DNA of 64,000 nt from the human T2T-CHM13v2.0 reference genome, Homo sapiens (GCF_009914755.1 NC_060932.1); one strand, 5' to 3'; counted from the first letter of the stretch, positions 1 through 15,800 are shown. Made by a program: numbers and translations. The notes: generated by a model not told the origin, from the sequence alone.

Positions 1-475
1 GATAATGCCAGTGTGGCAGAGTCACAATAATTTCAGAACTAATTATTTAGGTTTTAAAGTCCAGCAATTTCATCAAGTCAGGAGTAGGACACATGGTTCT
101 CTTGACCAAACAGTATTCAAGTTTATGGAGAAGGGAAAACCCTGAGCCAACCTGCGTTAGTTTGAATTCCAGCTCCAGCATTTTTGAATCAAGAGACTTG
201 GACAGATGATTTAATCTCTTTGAACCTTGGTGTCCTCATTTTTTAAAAGGAGTAAGTATGTGACTAATGCTAGAGGTCTATTTTTCAATTTTGTGTCCCT
301 CAACAGGCTCTGTATAGTCCTGAGAGCTCATGACTAAAGCTCTTCTTTTGGTGTTTTCTTTATGGATTCTTTCCTACCTACCACCTTCCCTTAGGCTAGA
401 GCTTTTTGTGACTAGGTCAATACTTGATAATACTTTCAGGCCTTCACTTTTCTTCATTTGCAACGAAGGAACTAA

Positions 476-1340
476 TTCATTCAATAAATGTTTATTGAGT
501 AAATACTATTTTCCTGGTACTATTCTAGACACTGTGGATGCATGAATGTTGTATCAGACTGATGCAGAGCTACAGGGTGTTGCTTATTCTACAAGGTGAC
601 ATGTGAGCAGAGACCTACAAGAACAGAGCCAGTAATCCAGAAAGATATTTGAGCCATTAGTTTTTTAAGGGAGAAATAGCAGCAAGTGCAAATGCCCATT
701 AGTAGGATTAGTAGGATCGTGTAGGATCCTACTAGTAGGATTAGTAGTAGGATCATTCTTGGTGTTCACTGCATCCCAGAAGCCAGTGTGTCTGAAGCAA
801 AGTGAAGGAAGAAAAGTGATTATGAGGCACTAAGGGATGAGATCATGCAGACCTTCATAAGAAATGTGGCTTTTACTCTGAGTGAAGTGTGAAACTATTG
901 AAGGGTCTGAGAAGAGAAGCAGCATGATCAAACATGGTTTAAAAAAGAAACAAAACAAAACAATCCTTTGACTATTGTATTACACACAGGTTATAGTAGG
1001 ATAAGTGTCAATGCAATAAGTGTATTACAAATATCTAAGCAAGAAATAGTAATATCTTGAACAAAAGTAGTGAAACTGAAGATAGAGAACAAATTTGGGT
1101 CTACATACACAGCATCTGAGAATAGAACAACAGGATTTGTTCACAAATTCGATGTGGATGTGAGAAAATGAAAGAGGTTAAAGACTACCTATTTTTTTTT
1201 TTTTTTTGCTACAAATATCTGGGAGAATGCAGTTGATGTTTAATGAGGTGGAAAAATTGTGGGATGGGTAGGGTTTGGAGAATCAGGGAGAATCAAGTTG
1301 TGAATTTGCCTAAATTTGAGATGACTATTAGATATTTATG
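476..1340 (-). mobile_element. L2 LINE 3' fragment (old, degraded)
   Basis: TTCATTCAATAAATGTTTATTGAG...CTAGACACTGTGGATGCA is the reverse-complemented L2 3' tail; purine-rich L2-like body follows. Right boundary approximate. Confidence 0.65.
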
Positions 1341-1514
1341 TGACAGTATTAGGAGGCAGTGGAGTAGAAGGTCAAAGTGTGGTTACTCAGGGGTGGACTC
1401 CTCATTTTCATGCATATGCCCATTATTTTCATGCATTGACCCCATATTGCTAGTCATCTCTCTCATTACATCCATGCAAGTAAATATGACAATAAGTAAT
1501 AAGAATTTCCTTTC

Positions 1515-1862
<348 letters not shown>

Positions 1863-4800
1863 TCATCTCTGTGAGCAAGATGGATGGCTGCCTGGGGCAA
1901 GGTACAGGGACAGCCTTGCCAACTCTTGGTTCCATTTTTTTTTTTTTTTGCCACCAGTCCACATTTAGACATTATTCTCCTTACATTATATCTCTGTATC
2001 CACAATTCATTGTACTTCATTCTCATAGGCAGCAAAATGTATAGGGTGATTATTGACCCTGAGCAGAAGAATAAAAAAGAAAACAAAATAATTGACTAAT
2101 TTTGACCATCCAATTTAGTCAAAATGGTGATCCCTGCAGATGAAAGTGAGCATAAAATCATGTTCATTTCATCAGTCCAAAGGTAAATGTTCCTCCTATT
2201 ACCAGTTTTTACTTTTTCCCTTGGACTTATTCTTACTTTTAATGTCTCTCTGGCCTGTTCTAAGTATATTTAACAACATGAAAATGGAATTTTATTTACT
2301 CCTGAGTATTCTGATGATTCATTAGCTGAGATTATATTGTATGCTGCATTAATGTGCTTGTTATTACAGACTGTAAGATAAAAGCATGTTTTTTTATTTA
2401 AAGGTTTTTTCTAAATATGCACAAAGTCACATGCAATGCCTGCGAGAACTAGAATAACTACACGTTGTATTTCATATATTTTCTTTTCTTGCTATATCTG
2501 CTCTTTCTCTCATTATGTCATCTTTTAACTAATATAACTATTTCTAACTAGAGTTCCTTTTTTTACGCTAGAATGATGCCTCTAAATTCTTCAAATTTTC
2601 AAAATCCACTAAACATTTACTACACAATGATATCCATTCTTTGGAATGTCTCTGAAACAATTCATGTTCCACACACCAAATCAAAATATGCATACCACTA
2701 TCCCTGTATTTCCAAAGCTGTTTCTGATTACTGGTTGAAAATTCCCCTGTTCTTCATTAAAGACTGAGATTCTTTTAAAATGCTTATTTACGGCTGCATG
2801 GTCCTCAGGGGCGGACTGTGGATTTAATCGCCTACAGCACCAAATCTCTTTTAACATTTGGCCAACTGAACATTAGGTAACTTGTTGGCTGAGGGGCACC
2901 ACGTTCCTACTCAGTGTGTGGATAAGGTAGCCACGATCCGATATGCTTCATTTACTTCCAAGTATTATTAACGCTAATGAGCATTACATCCACACATCAA
3001 GAAAAGATACAGAATGGAGTCACTGCTTCTCAAACTTCATTAAGCACAGTATTATTTTATTCAGGGGCAAGTCTCTAATACTAGAATGTTCTCTAAAGAC
3101 GGATGAAAACAAATATGCTGTAATTAATAAAAAAGTATTTCTTCCCTGTATAATACGTGGCATGTATTGAGATCCAACTGGAAATTTAAAAAGATGCTTC
3201 CTGAGGGTGAAAGGAAGAGATAATTAGTGCACTATAACAGAAAATAATTCATTAAATTACAATGAGTTTTATTTTCTCTTGATATAAGGAAAGCCGGCAG
3301 GTGTCCACATTAATTTTGTATGTTTTTTTGTGACTGTAGTTTACAACATGTTTCTCATTTAGATGTAATTTTCATTATGTGATTAATATTATGCTATTTA
3401 CTGTACATGTTTATATGCTTTTAGCTCTGCATGTGCAATATAAAATTAAAAGAAGTCTTTCCTCTTGGAAATGTCAGTTTATTTTATTTTTTTTACTCTA
3501 AATCCAGAGTATGTTTTCAAGGTCTCTTCTAAAACGATAACCTTCATATGAGTCATAGGCATTTAAGTACATCTGTGGATTAGTCTGGCTTCAGTGAGGT
3601 TAAACGCAGGAAGAGTGTGCCTACAAAGAGATACGATAAGCAGTTATAATGGGTATCACTCAACACAGCACCAAATATAAATCAAAACTAACAAACACCC
3701 TCCCTCACAAATACTCTCAAGTGAGGTTCCTCAAATTTAATTATTACAGCAAATGGTAATGTAACAAGGGTGTCTACTCTCAGGAAAAATATGTTTAAAG
3801 CAGATGTGAACCATATAAACCATATGTGAAACACATGTGATCCACAGCAAGGTCACAGGACCCATTGAAAGAGCACATGTGGAGTACTTGAACCACATGT
3901 GGACACATGTTGCAAAATCACATGTTTCTGTTCATTGCCAAGATTCAGATCATATTCTAAAGAAATCAGGGGCACTTAAATAAACTTTGTACTTCTTAAG
4001 GTAAATGGATACCTTTTTGTTTAAAAATCCTTTAGTGTAAGCAGACAAGAGTCCTCAAATCTAACTCTGTGCTTGAAAGTACTCAAATCTTTCTCTCACT
4101 CCTGTTTTCCTATTCCAGGGTAATTCAGTTGATTATTCCAACAGAATAAAGAGTCCTTTCTTGCCCACAGCTAATTCTTTGAGGATGCCATAGCTTAAAA
4201 TAAAACCAAAGTAAACAGAGCCTAAGTGTGAGAATTACGAGCAAGTATGACTAAAATGGGCTTTGTCTTTCTTAAAACAATCAAACTAGCAAGGTACTGA
4301 TGCTTTATCTTATGTATCCAGAATTAAATTAAACTCTTCCACACTAATAAACAATAGTCAAAGTGTAAAAATCCAAGGAGAATGTTTATTTTATAATATG
4401 AAGCAACACGATAACAAATTTGTTACATGTCTTTCACTCTTATTTCCCAGAACATGATAATAATAACAGCACCTTATTCATGAGCATTCATATACTTTGA
4501 AGCTAAATATATTATTTAATTTGATTACCTCCACAATCCTAAAAGAAATGTAGTACAATTAGAAATAGGGATGGTAACTGCTTGTTATTGTAGAAGGAAC
4601 ATAGCATAAAACAACAAAGAGAGTAGTCATAATTTGGCTCCCTTAGCTTTTAGACCCATGGCTTCAAAGTATATACTTTCTTAAGTCTCAGCTTTTGTGT
4701 TAAGCAACATGTAGATTATACCCTTATTTACCTGGTAAACTTGTTATAAATTTTACAAATTATCGTATGCAAAATCCTATTGTAAACAGCAATATATGTT

Positions 4801-4907
4801 TACATGTTAGTTATCTTTGCCTACAATTTTATACATGAGAAACATTGAGATGCAGAAAGATAAGATGATTGTCACATGAATACTAATGAGTAGGACTAAG
4901 ACTAGAA

Positions 4908-4909
<2 letters not shown>

Positions 4910-4943
<34 letters not shown>
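4910..4943. repeat. (CA)n microsatellite
   Basis: Uninterrupted CA run. Confidence 0.95.
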
Positions 4944-4946
<3 letters not shown>

Positions 4947-7900
4947 GGTTCCCTTATTCTCCTTCAAAAGGCAAAGTTGAGCAGAGTGTGTTTTCTATTA
5001 ACAGGACATTCATTCTAACTTTAATTAAACAGACATGTATTGATCTCATAGGTAATCATTATTATAATAATATCACATTCACATTTGTGGTATTTTAGAT
5101 TTTCCAATGTAGAGAAATACCCAGGGAACATTTGTCTTTTCCACTTTTCATATTAGATAAGCAAGAAGTATTCTTGATTTTCTATAGATTAAAATACTAA
5201 GGATCTGAGCATACAATAGGTTAAGTTCACACACTTATTAAGAAACAAAACTATTAATCACATTCAGGAGATGAATAAAATTCTAAGTTTAAAAATTATT
5301 TTCCACTAAGCAAAAATATTGAAATATAAGATTGGCAGGCTTTTAATAATATCTATCTGTATACTTTTATGCCAAATAATGTTTCTAATGATGCTGCCAT
5401 TCAGAATGACAGCCTGATGGAAGAAAAGCAAAGGAATTAAGAAAACACAATTTAGCACTGAATGGAAGAGAAGATTTTTCTTTGTTACTATTTCTGGCAA
5501 AATGCAGTAGACTATCCAGCACATTTTGAAAAGATGGATACTCCAAGCTACTTATTGCACTTCAAGTGTATCTCTTCCTACTTAGTGGTTTTTGTTGTTT
5601 TAAAAGTAATACTACATTAGAGCTGAATATTCTTAAACTATTTTCAGAGATATATTTTTGAGCTACAATGTCTTTGCAAGTATGACTTTCTTCTTTAAAG
5701 GTGGCTCACTGTCATTCGTACTTCAATAAAAAAAATTCTAATATAACCACTGTGAATCCTTCCTGGAGGATCCCATACAGTTGCTTCCATCTTTCTATGG
5801 AACTTGCCACATTTTGTTACAAATTATCTATTTGTATGTCTATCTTTTATCTCTACTTGTCTGCAAATTCTTCAAGGACAGAGTTATCAGTTTTATTAAC
5901 TTTATATCCACGGTGTTTAGTAAAGTTTTTTAAAATGGCAAATTATGAGTAAGTATAAAACGAATGAATAAATGATACTTTGTTGCCTTTCCATCCTGAT
6001 ATTAGTTGATTTAGAAGTTCACATGCTCAGTTCAGGTGCAATGTAGTGACCAGCCATACTGAATACTAACTCATTTTCACCCTAAAATAAAATAATTCAA
6101 GTAAGCAGTCCACTGGATTTGCACTCATTTCTCTTAAGTTGTCTAGTTTATGAAACATTCCTTAAAATAAGTGGCCAGATATGTTGTCTGTCTCTTTTAG
6201 GTGAAAATGTGTTACACATTATATACCACCATTTTTCATGAGACATGCCCTCCATGAAGCTGGGAAGAATATTTACGTCAGGATAAGACATAGACTTGTA
6301 GACAATATCACTGCATCGGGTTGGAATTATTTTTCTGGATTTTGACACTAGATTGTGTACAGACTTTTACTACAGCCTGTATACTCATTAGGAGTACAGA
6401 AATGAGTAATACTTTGTCATTCCAATTTGCTACAACCCACTGACATCTCATTAGAGACGTGGAGCTGAAAATGCGAGTCTCGACCCTTTCTGTATCATTT
6501 TAATAAGCCATGAGGAATGAGACTTAACATTTTGTCTGTACATTTTTTACCACGTGCAAGACAGACACAGCATCAGCCAGCCTTCCAGAGGGTATGCTGA
6601 TCTTGCATGCTTTCACATTTGATCAATGCAAATTTGGTACTATACTGCTTTGTTTTGTCCAAGGTTGGGTCTTATATGTTGCATTACAACAGGAATAAAG
6701 TTTCCAACTCAATCAGAACTGATTGTTCTATTTCTCTTCTCCCATCTATATCTCTCCCTATCATAATTTCTGCACATCCGGATGACCAAAATCATGTTCA
6801 ATATGTTTCATAACTTTCAATTATGCATAAGGTGAGGTAGAAACTACTTTTTACAATACAAATGATTTGTTCAATCTAGACCCAATCTATATTATCATGC
6901 TTATCTTTAACCATTTTTTTCAGTCTCCTCTTACCTTCATGTTCCAAACACATGAAGTTTGTGTGGCTTTGAAATATGAGTTCTATTTGATTGGCTGGCT
7001 TCTCCAATAACCACCTCTGCCTGTAATAATTCTCACTGATTCCACAATGATGAACTAACATTTTACCTACTCTGTGAATCTCTTCTTTGCAATGCTTTCT
7101 TAGCACTTTGCACTACTTCCATAGAATAAATCACTATATTGTAATAAAAGTATTTGCTTATGCATTCTTTCTTGTGCTAGACTGGAGAATTTGTGACAAA
7201 AAGGAATTATATCATATTCATATCCCATATTCTTTTGTATCCACCAAGTGATTTAAAAAGTACATGGTAAGGGCTTGACACATCATAGGAAGCAATGGAG
7301 AGAAGGAGCACCTTCTCGTATATGATGAGGTGCAGTTACTGCACACATCCCTAAATATGGTTTAGATGAGAATTTAACATATGTCATTGTTAATCTCTTG
7401 AGATTCCTTTTTAGATTAAATATCCCTGAAGATATGGGATATCCTTTAAATTCTGAAAAGATCTGTTTCCATTTTTGTAAAGTATTGTGTGTGTTGGGTG
7501 GAGAGCTCTTTTCCGGTATAGAATGATTTTTAACTTTTACTTTTATTACGACATCAGATCCCAATATTTGACCAATTACTAGAAGCAAGAAATATTTGTG
7601 TTTATCTTTTTTTTCTTTGTGTATATCACTATCATAGTCAATGTATCACTGAATTTTGTCTCGCTTACAGAATCATGAAGGTGAGCCTCAGGAACTCACT
7701 TTAGGATAATATCAGACAAAGCATAACTTGCCAAAGTGTCACTTATGTAATAAATAAACAAATACAAACTGAGTGTTCACAATGTGCAAGGTATCTTGAT
7801 GAAGAATAACTCCATGAACGATGTGAGATCCTAATGGTTAAAGAGAAATCCTGAAGACCATTTATGAATAGTTAAAAGTTATTTTTTTCTGACAGTGTTC

Positions 7901-8891
7901 TGAGGTTGTGGATGCTGAATGGTGCAAATGTGAAGGAATTTTGATTTGAGGAACTCCCAGTGATAGGATTGTTCTCCAAAATAGAAGAGTCTGCAGTCTC
8001 CGTATTATGTGTTATGCCCCAAGGTAATTCTGTACTGTGCCCAAAATAACACACGTGCATACATACACTCATTAGGGCTTTCCCTTTATTTCTGAAATTC
8101 ACAATGAGATTTAAGCCAAATAGACGAAGTGCACTTTTTAAAATCCCGAAAGCCCATAAGAGAAGTGACGTTTAATCCCTGGAAGTTTAAATGAATTTAT
8201 GTTTCAGAGAAAGTTTGTTAAGAAGCAGGCTGAAAAAATGCATAACAGAAATTGGGGAAGGAGCAGATAACGGTAAATTAATGTAGATCGAAAACACTTT
8301 ACCTTTGTCACAGTGTTCCTATTGGGAGAAACAGTACTCTCCTCTATCTAGAATTACCAAACCTGAGAATTAATAGAAACATGAACAATCACAGCCAAAA
8401 AGACTTTCTTCAAATCCCCCCAGCAAAATGTAGGGAACAATACTTTTTAACACAGATCCTACAGGTTCCACAGTATTGTAGCTTCTTTCGATGTGTGGTA
8501 ATTTATCCTATGGCGACTAACTACCCCTTTCCTGGACTAACAGCAAATGTTTTTGTGGCCCTTCTATTACTAATATCTTGAGTTTTTTTGATGATAAACA
8601 AAAATCCCCTACTAATATTTCCCCGTAGAAGCCCATAGTATGTTCCAATACAATAGAATTTACATTTTAAAGCAAGTTAAACGTTGTTATGTGAGAAAAG
8701 GTGTACTTCTCATGAGGATACACAAAACAATTGATTATGAATCATCAGAGGGAACAGGGCAAAGGAAATGGAAGAAGAATTATTTGTTATAAGGGTAATA
8801 TGTTTGATTTTAATTTCATTTTTTTCTTATTGGCTTTTTCCATAGGGCACTTTAGTGAAGGGCATCTAAAATATGTACATTAAGGCTTTAA

Positions 8892-9224
<333 letters not shown>

Positions 9225-9770
9225 TAGGATTCTTACTTGAAAATTAACAACTGCACAGAGAGTGAATAGGAGACTACATTGTTTTAAAGCAATTTGTGAA
9301 AGAAATTTTTGTGTCTGCACTATTCAATGAGCTAAATTGATTTTGTCTATGTCTCTCAAAAGAAAGCACGTGTTTGGGAGTATTTGGAAATTATGTCCCA
9401 AAATTTTATTATGTTGAGGTTTTTGTAATTTTCTTGTAAAATCATCTATAAAAATTATCTTATGTGCTAATTTAACTGCAATTGATTTTTAAAGAAATAC
9501 CAAAGATTCCTTAAAACAAATCGGAACTCCCTTTTCCCTATCACACACAGACACATACACACACACACACACACGATTGATAATGTAAACATATTGATTT
9601 TGAAATTCAGTCTTTTATAAAGAAAGCAAAGTGCACTGAATTGTGCACTGAAAGCTACATGTGCACTTAATTGTGCCTGAAATATAAGACTTGCTTTTTC
9701 TCAAAGCTCTCTACATTATACTGTGAGGTTCATAAACAAAACATTTAAAACAATTAGATCATATCAAGCC

Positions 9771-9860
9771 ATATATATATACGTATATATGTATATATAC
9801 ATATATATACACGTATATATGTATATATACTTATATATGTGTATATATTTAAATATATAT
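9771..9860. repeat. TA-rich compound microsatellite
   Basis: ATATATAT(ACGT/GT)ATATAT units. Confidence 0.9.
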
Positions 9861-11674
9861 AATTGAAAATATGCTATCAACACGCATTCTTAAAACCAGG
9901 AAGCGCTAGATTGTGAAGGCACTGCTTACTGTAGTGTCACCACCTTTCAGTAACCTCTGCAGTCTTCAAAAGGATTTCACCGGGTCAGAAACTAAAATGG
10001 AGTTACTTGACTAAGGTTTGCTCTGTTGGAATACACTAGGGTATTCCTGATGACAATGTGCATATCTAAACCTTTATAATGTTGAAAGGATGTGAACATA
10101 AGGCACCAGAAGGATGTTTATCTTGATATTGTTTGATGCTACCATGGTTTAAAAGCATTCTCGTAAATGAGGCTGGAAGAAATATTTCCAAGACAGTGTG
10201 TGAAAATTAGGCACATAATTCTGACTACAATAGTGGGAGTGGTAAATTTAATTCCACCCACACATCCTTATTAACTGAAACCATTATTTCTAAGCTGCAA
10301 TACTTCAAATTCCTGGTTCCAGCAGCAATATTGTCCACCAACATCCCATACAGCTTTATTTCCCCAAGGTTTCTGTGATACGAGAGGATTGGATGATACT
10401 CAGTTCCTAACTTCCCCTGTGTACATTCATTGTTTGTATTTTTATTGTTCTGTTAATTATCTATACATAGATATTAATTCCAGAATGTACAAATATGCTC
10501 CTATGTGATTTCTCCACCACACTTTATATGATAACATCACTTATGAATTCTAGTTGCAAATTTCCAGCCAGATGTGTGGTTGAACTAAGTCTGTGGGACA
10601 ACAGCATGTAGATATCTGCTTTCAATTTGTGTGCATGTTTTCCCCTGTTATTTTCTCTTTTTATGACTGTATTAATTGTTACCAGAACTCTCTGTGAAAT
10701 GACTGAGCAATTCAACAATGGAATGTAGCAGATTAGAAATTATTGTTTTGCTCTGTCCGAGAAACGTGTTAATGCAGCCTACTCCTTATGTCTTGGAGAC
10801 ACTCATGGAGTGTTACACCACTTGATTCTCAGCATGTGGACACTAGCTGACCACTGGGACATGAACTGTCCTAATGTTGATGCTTTTATCGATTCATTTG
10901 ACACTGATGATACTTGCTGAAATTATGAAGAGAAAACTAACCCATCACTAAGGGAAACGGGACATAAGGGAATTGGCATGTTGCAGCTCACTAAGTCCTA
11001 AGGCACTAAGGCTAAGGATTAATCCAAAGTCTAAAGTCTGTAGCTGGCATCAAAGCCATATACTAGCAGCATTTCTCAGTGACCTAGCAGCAGAATGGGG
11101 AGCAAAGAGCCCTGAAGTCTAATCCGTGGGCATTCAGTTACTCTTTGGCCAGGTTTAATTCCATAAATGTTTTTTTTGGCACAGTACAATATGTTCTTTT
11201 ATCTAAAAGAAGAACTTTTTAAAAAGTATAAATAAAATTACCAGTCAGCTGGAATCATGATTTAAAAGGAAATAAATAAAAACCACAATTTGTAATATAT
11301 GTAACTCCCATGGATCTAGACGGGAAGACCCTAGCAAAGTTACAGTGGGTTAAACACTAGAGTTTTGGATGCAATCAATTAAAGAGTATGGCATGGATCT
11401 TCAGTTTGAGTGGAAAGTGTAGTTTGATTTAGTTAATCAAGAAATAACATGGCAGGGAGATACCTCAGAACCCTCCCTAGTGTGATATTAATTGTTACTG
11501 TCACCTCAGCAAACAATTGGAGTGGACATATAACTTTCTTTTAATGTAGAAAAAGGAAGCAATAATTAGTTCCTGTTGTTGCTGTTGTTCTTCTTTTTCT
11601 TCATCCTCCTCCTCCTTTCTCACTCCTCTCTTTCTCTCTCTGTTTTTCTCTCTCTCTTTCTGTTTTAACCTTAC

Positions 11675-11860
11675 CAATTTTTCTTAATACCGGTTGCATA
11701 CTAGAAATATCCAAGAAGCATTTAAAATACTGATGCCTAGACACCAACAAGAAAAATAAACTCAAACTCATCGGAATCTTCATGGGTGTGACCCAGGAAT
11801 GAGTATTTTTTAAAACTCTCCAAGTGACAAAAATGAGCATCCAACACTGGGAACATTTTG
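11675..11860 (+). mobile_element. MER5-type hAT-Charlie MITE
   Basis: TTTAAAATACTGATGCCTAG...GACCCAGGAATGAGTATTTTTAAAACTCTCCAAGTGA matches the MER5A/B core. Confidence 0.6.
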
Positions 11861-12364
11861 GAGATACTAATCAACAGCTTGCTCCGTGTAAACAGCAGCA
11901 TGAAATATGTGATGTGTGTGTGTGTTTCTATGAACAAATCCTGGAGTAGATGACAAGCTCCCACATAATAATTTGTTCCAGAGTACTGTAATGTTAAACA
12001 GTCATTGCCAACTACTTAGTAGTAATGCTATGCTTGACTAGCTTTTTTTGGCCTGCTTTCCATCTTTCCCCTTTACTTTCTCAACCAAATCAGAGGGAGC
12101 ATGCCTCCAACTTTCTTTAAAAATCATGTTTGATTGACAATACCACACTTTTGCGTAAATTTCTTTGACAGAAAAATGTTTCTGTATTGTGCTACTGGGT
12201 GACAAATGGCTGTCATTGCCTTACTAGGTACAACTCTCAACACCCACCTACAAAGTCAACTACTATTTTCAACTCACTCGTAAAATCAAGAGTTATTTTT
12301 TTCCTTATGTCTATACAGGCTGTTAGCTAGCTACATTCACTCAGTACTAAAGGTGGATATGCAG

Positions 12365-12695
12365 TAACATGGGGTCTCAATGTTTTTGTCCCCTAGCCCA
12401 AGGTGATGGACTTAGAAGATGGGGCCTCTGGAGAGATGATTAGGTCAGGAGGGCAGACCCCTCATGAAGGATGTTAATACCCTTATTAAATAGGCCCAAA
12501 GGAATTCATTTGTCTCTTCCACCATGTGAAGACACAGCAAGAAGTTGCCATCTGTGAATCAGAAAGTGAGCCCTAACTAGACACTGAATCTGCCAGCACC
12601 TTGATATCCCAGACCCCAGAAACGTACATGTGAGAAATACATTTCTGTTTTCTCCCAGCTTATAGTATTTTGTTATAGCAGCCTGGACAAACTCA
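12365..12695 (+). mobile_element. MaLR solo LTR (MLT1A/MST-type)
   Basis: GATTAGGTCAGGAGGGCAGACCCCTCATGA...CCACCATGTGAAGACACAGCAAGAAG...TATAGTATTTTGTTATAGCAGCC are characteristic MLT1A/MST blocks. Confidence 0.85.
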
Positions 12696-12859
12696 ACAGC
12701 AATAAATGTTGGCTGCTGGTTTTTGCCTTCGTGTGCATTCCAAAAAATGTTCACTCAAAAAATATTAAAGAAATGTTTACTGAGTGCCTATTATATGCAC
12801 AAGAGAAGACCATATTGGATTCTGTTAGGTGACTCCATGAATTTACACTCTGAATTATT

Positions 12860-15800
12860 CTGGGAAGCCAATGGCAAGACAGGATTAGACTTGTGAGACG
12901 ACTTAGGGCAAGGAGCATGAAAGGTAAGAAGGACCTTCAGAAAATGATATGGACTTGATACCCATTGAAGGATAAGGGAAAGGAAGGGAAATTGAATAGA
13001 AGAGTTTCAGACTACATCATATTTCTAGGAAAGGTTTGGTAGGGCCAATAGGGCATCCTTGAGCCCAAGTCACCTGTTGAAGCAATCTCATATTTCACAG
13101 AAATGGTCAACCTTACTGCCCATAAACAAGCTCAGCCCTATGCTGCGGGTACCCTGTACAAAGTGTAGCAGTAACTGGAGCCATTGGTCAATAAGATCCA
13201 GGAGTCATGTTTCCAAGCTACCACAGTCCATCCCTTATGCCACACACATCCATCACATCCATTTCCCCATGATGTTTGGAGGAAACATCTCTGTGGTTCC
13301 TGTGGGCCTCTTTTTCAGAGGGGAGTCTTAAAAGTAGAAGGTCAATGAGATGACTACAGTCCCTCTCTCTACAAATGGTCTCAAGGCTACAACCAGTACT
13401 CATCCCTGCTCTTTTTCAGTATCAACTCTAAAAATCCCTTACCTGAAAATGTTGGCCAGATGTCACCTGAATGTGCAGGGATTGCACCACAGTAGAGAGC
13501 CTCTGAAATTATGACACTTGGAGCTTATATAGGGTGGCTCACATATTTCTTATTCTTCCTCTCTGGAAGGGAGAGAGGGGAGCAGGTAGGAGGAGAAGAA
13601 GAACAGGAATAAAAAGAGACAAAAGAGAGAGAGTTGAACTTCAAGGTATACACATCTTCTCTCTTTTCAGAATTCTACCCTGAATTGCAATCAAATGGCT
13701 CTGGGAGAGGTAAGAAAAGAGTCTCCTGGTTTATACATTCTATTAAAATAGAATGCAAGAAAATGGCTCTGTAGCAATTCACAATCTCTAATTTCCAAGG
13801 CATGTTTGTCATTCAAATAGGCTTTACCCAGATTTCTAGTAATCTTTGCTCAGAAAGCTCTGACTTTAAGAAATATGAAAGTATTCATGTAAACTTGTTT
13901 CCCACTACCACTTCAAAATTTCTTGGTAGTATGACTCAAACTTTCATTTCTGAGATTCTGAGATTTTGTTAATTATACTTTTCTCAGGTCAGAGCTCCTA
14001 AACATATCTGTTCACTACTACAGTGGGGCTAGGGAGTACGAAGAAGTGCTCAAGGTTATTCCACTGGGTTTCCACATGAATTTGTCCTTGACAAAATCTT
14101 GTGAAAATAAACCTAATCCCTTCTGCTGATGATTGATTACTCCTACCATGATGGTTTCTCCTCATCACACCTGCTGGTCATCTAAATGTCCTGGCAATAT
14201 TGGGACCATGAAGTCATATAAAACATACACTCTGATTTAATGCATACACTGCATCCCAAAAAGATAGTATCCTATCCTTTAAGATTTGCCTTCAAGATGA
14301 TGTATCCATGCCTTTAGAAGGCCATTTAACCATTCTGTGGAGCCAGATACTTCTGGCTGATGTACCATATGAGGTGACTAGTGGATTCCACAGTCACAGG
14401 CCCACTCTTGTGCTTCCTTCAATATAAAGTTAGACTTCTGATCAGATGCTATGTTGCATGGAGTTCTATAACTATACAGGCATTATATACTCCCCCAGAG
14501 AGTTTCTCTGAGACCCTGAAAACACAAAAGGCAAAGTCACACTCAGAATAAGTATCTATACCTGTGGGGATAAATAGCTGGCCCATCTTGAAAATAAAAC
14601 AGGTCCTCCACAGTCAATAGTGGCCAGCTGGTCTTTTAGAACAATAGAGCCATGTCAAAGGTTCAGCATTGGTCATCTTTTTTTTATACTTTTAAAAGCC
14701 TCTCTAGCAATGAATTTGACCAACTTCTAGAGTTTCCTGTCAGGGTGTTATACCCCACTCTCAGAGAATGTTTCTAAGTAAACTAATTCTTACTTACCTA
14801 GTCTTAAATTTCAACCCTCTTGATCAAGCAAACACCTTCAAAATCCAATCCCAAGGTTGGTTGCTTTCTTGGCCCCTGCAGTCCATACCAGCTAATTTTT
14901 GTGTTTTCTCTAGTATATCATCTCTTTTTTTTGTTTTCAACCCTTGCATGTTCCCAGTCAAGTTATGCTGGAATTTAATCTTAGTTATTAGCATGAGAGT
15001 TAGCAAAGATGCTATTGGAAGTTACTGAGAGGTTCCATGTCTCCTCGTGAAGGAGACGCTTCTGCAGCATCTTCCAAAACTGGAAAAGTGCTAGTTCAAA
15101 TGAGGAAAAAAGTGGGTAACCTCTAAAAATATTGACGGTTGGTTCAGGAGTCTGCATAGCCACATTCTCAGGGACATATTTCCAGAAGCTTTCATCCACA
15201 GTTTCCAAATGTCTCTGGAGCTCTGCTCTACTCTAGTAGATCTATGTATGCTGCTCAGCCTTTACTATGGAGAAAAGGGCCTTTTTTTGTAAGCTACCAA
15301 ATAGGGGTTTGTCTGTCATACATAGCTTTTATCTATTTGTTCATTGCCATTGGTTTGTCATTTCTCTACAAGGCATCAATACAGATTAGCAGGAACCAGC
15401 AACTCTACTTTCTTCACAAGCATAGTTCCAGGCGTTTTACATATGGCTGAATTAGCTACAACTTCAGGCATTTCTCTCCACCAGCATAGTTTTCCAGGTC
15501 TTAATCAGGGAACTGTTTAGCAAGTGGGTGACCATCTTTTGTCAGGGGGTAACTATATCCCAGTTACCACTCAGGATGGGGTGCTTTTCATCAGCATTGT
15601 GAAGAGTGAACAAATTCAAAATCTGCATCTTACCACCTGTTTTCTTGGACCATTCTAGTTATCACTTGTATTAGTTTGGATTCTCCAAGAAGCAGATAAC
15701 AAGATAGAATTAAAGATGCAAGTGAGATGGAGGAGCAACAGAAGAAAGTAAAGAGAACCTTCAGCCTATGATATAAATATGAGTTCTATGTAAAAAAAAA

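Noticed and set aside
2770-2960. Slightly CpG-richer patch with GT donor-like motifs (possible lncRNA exon); similar patches at ~7660 and ~58800
   Set aside because: Isolated splice-like motifs occur by chance; there is no ORF or other support without transcript data.
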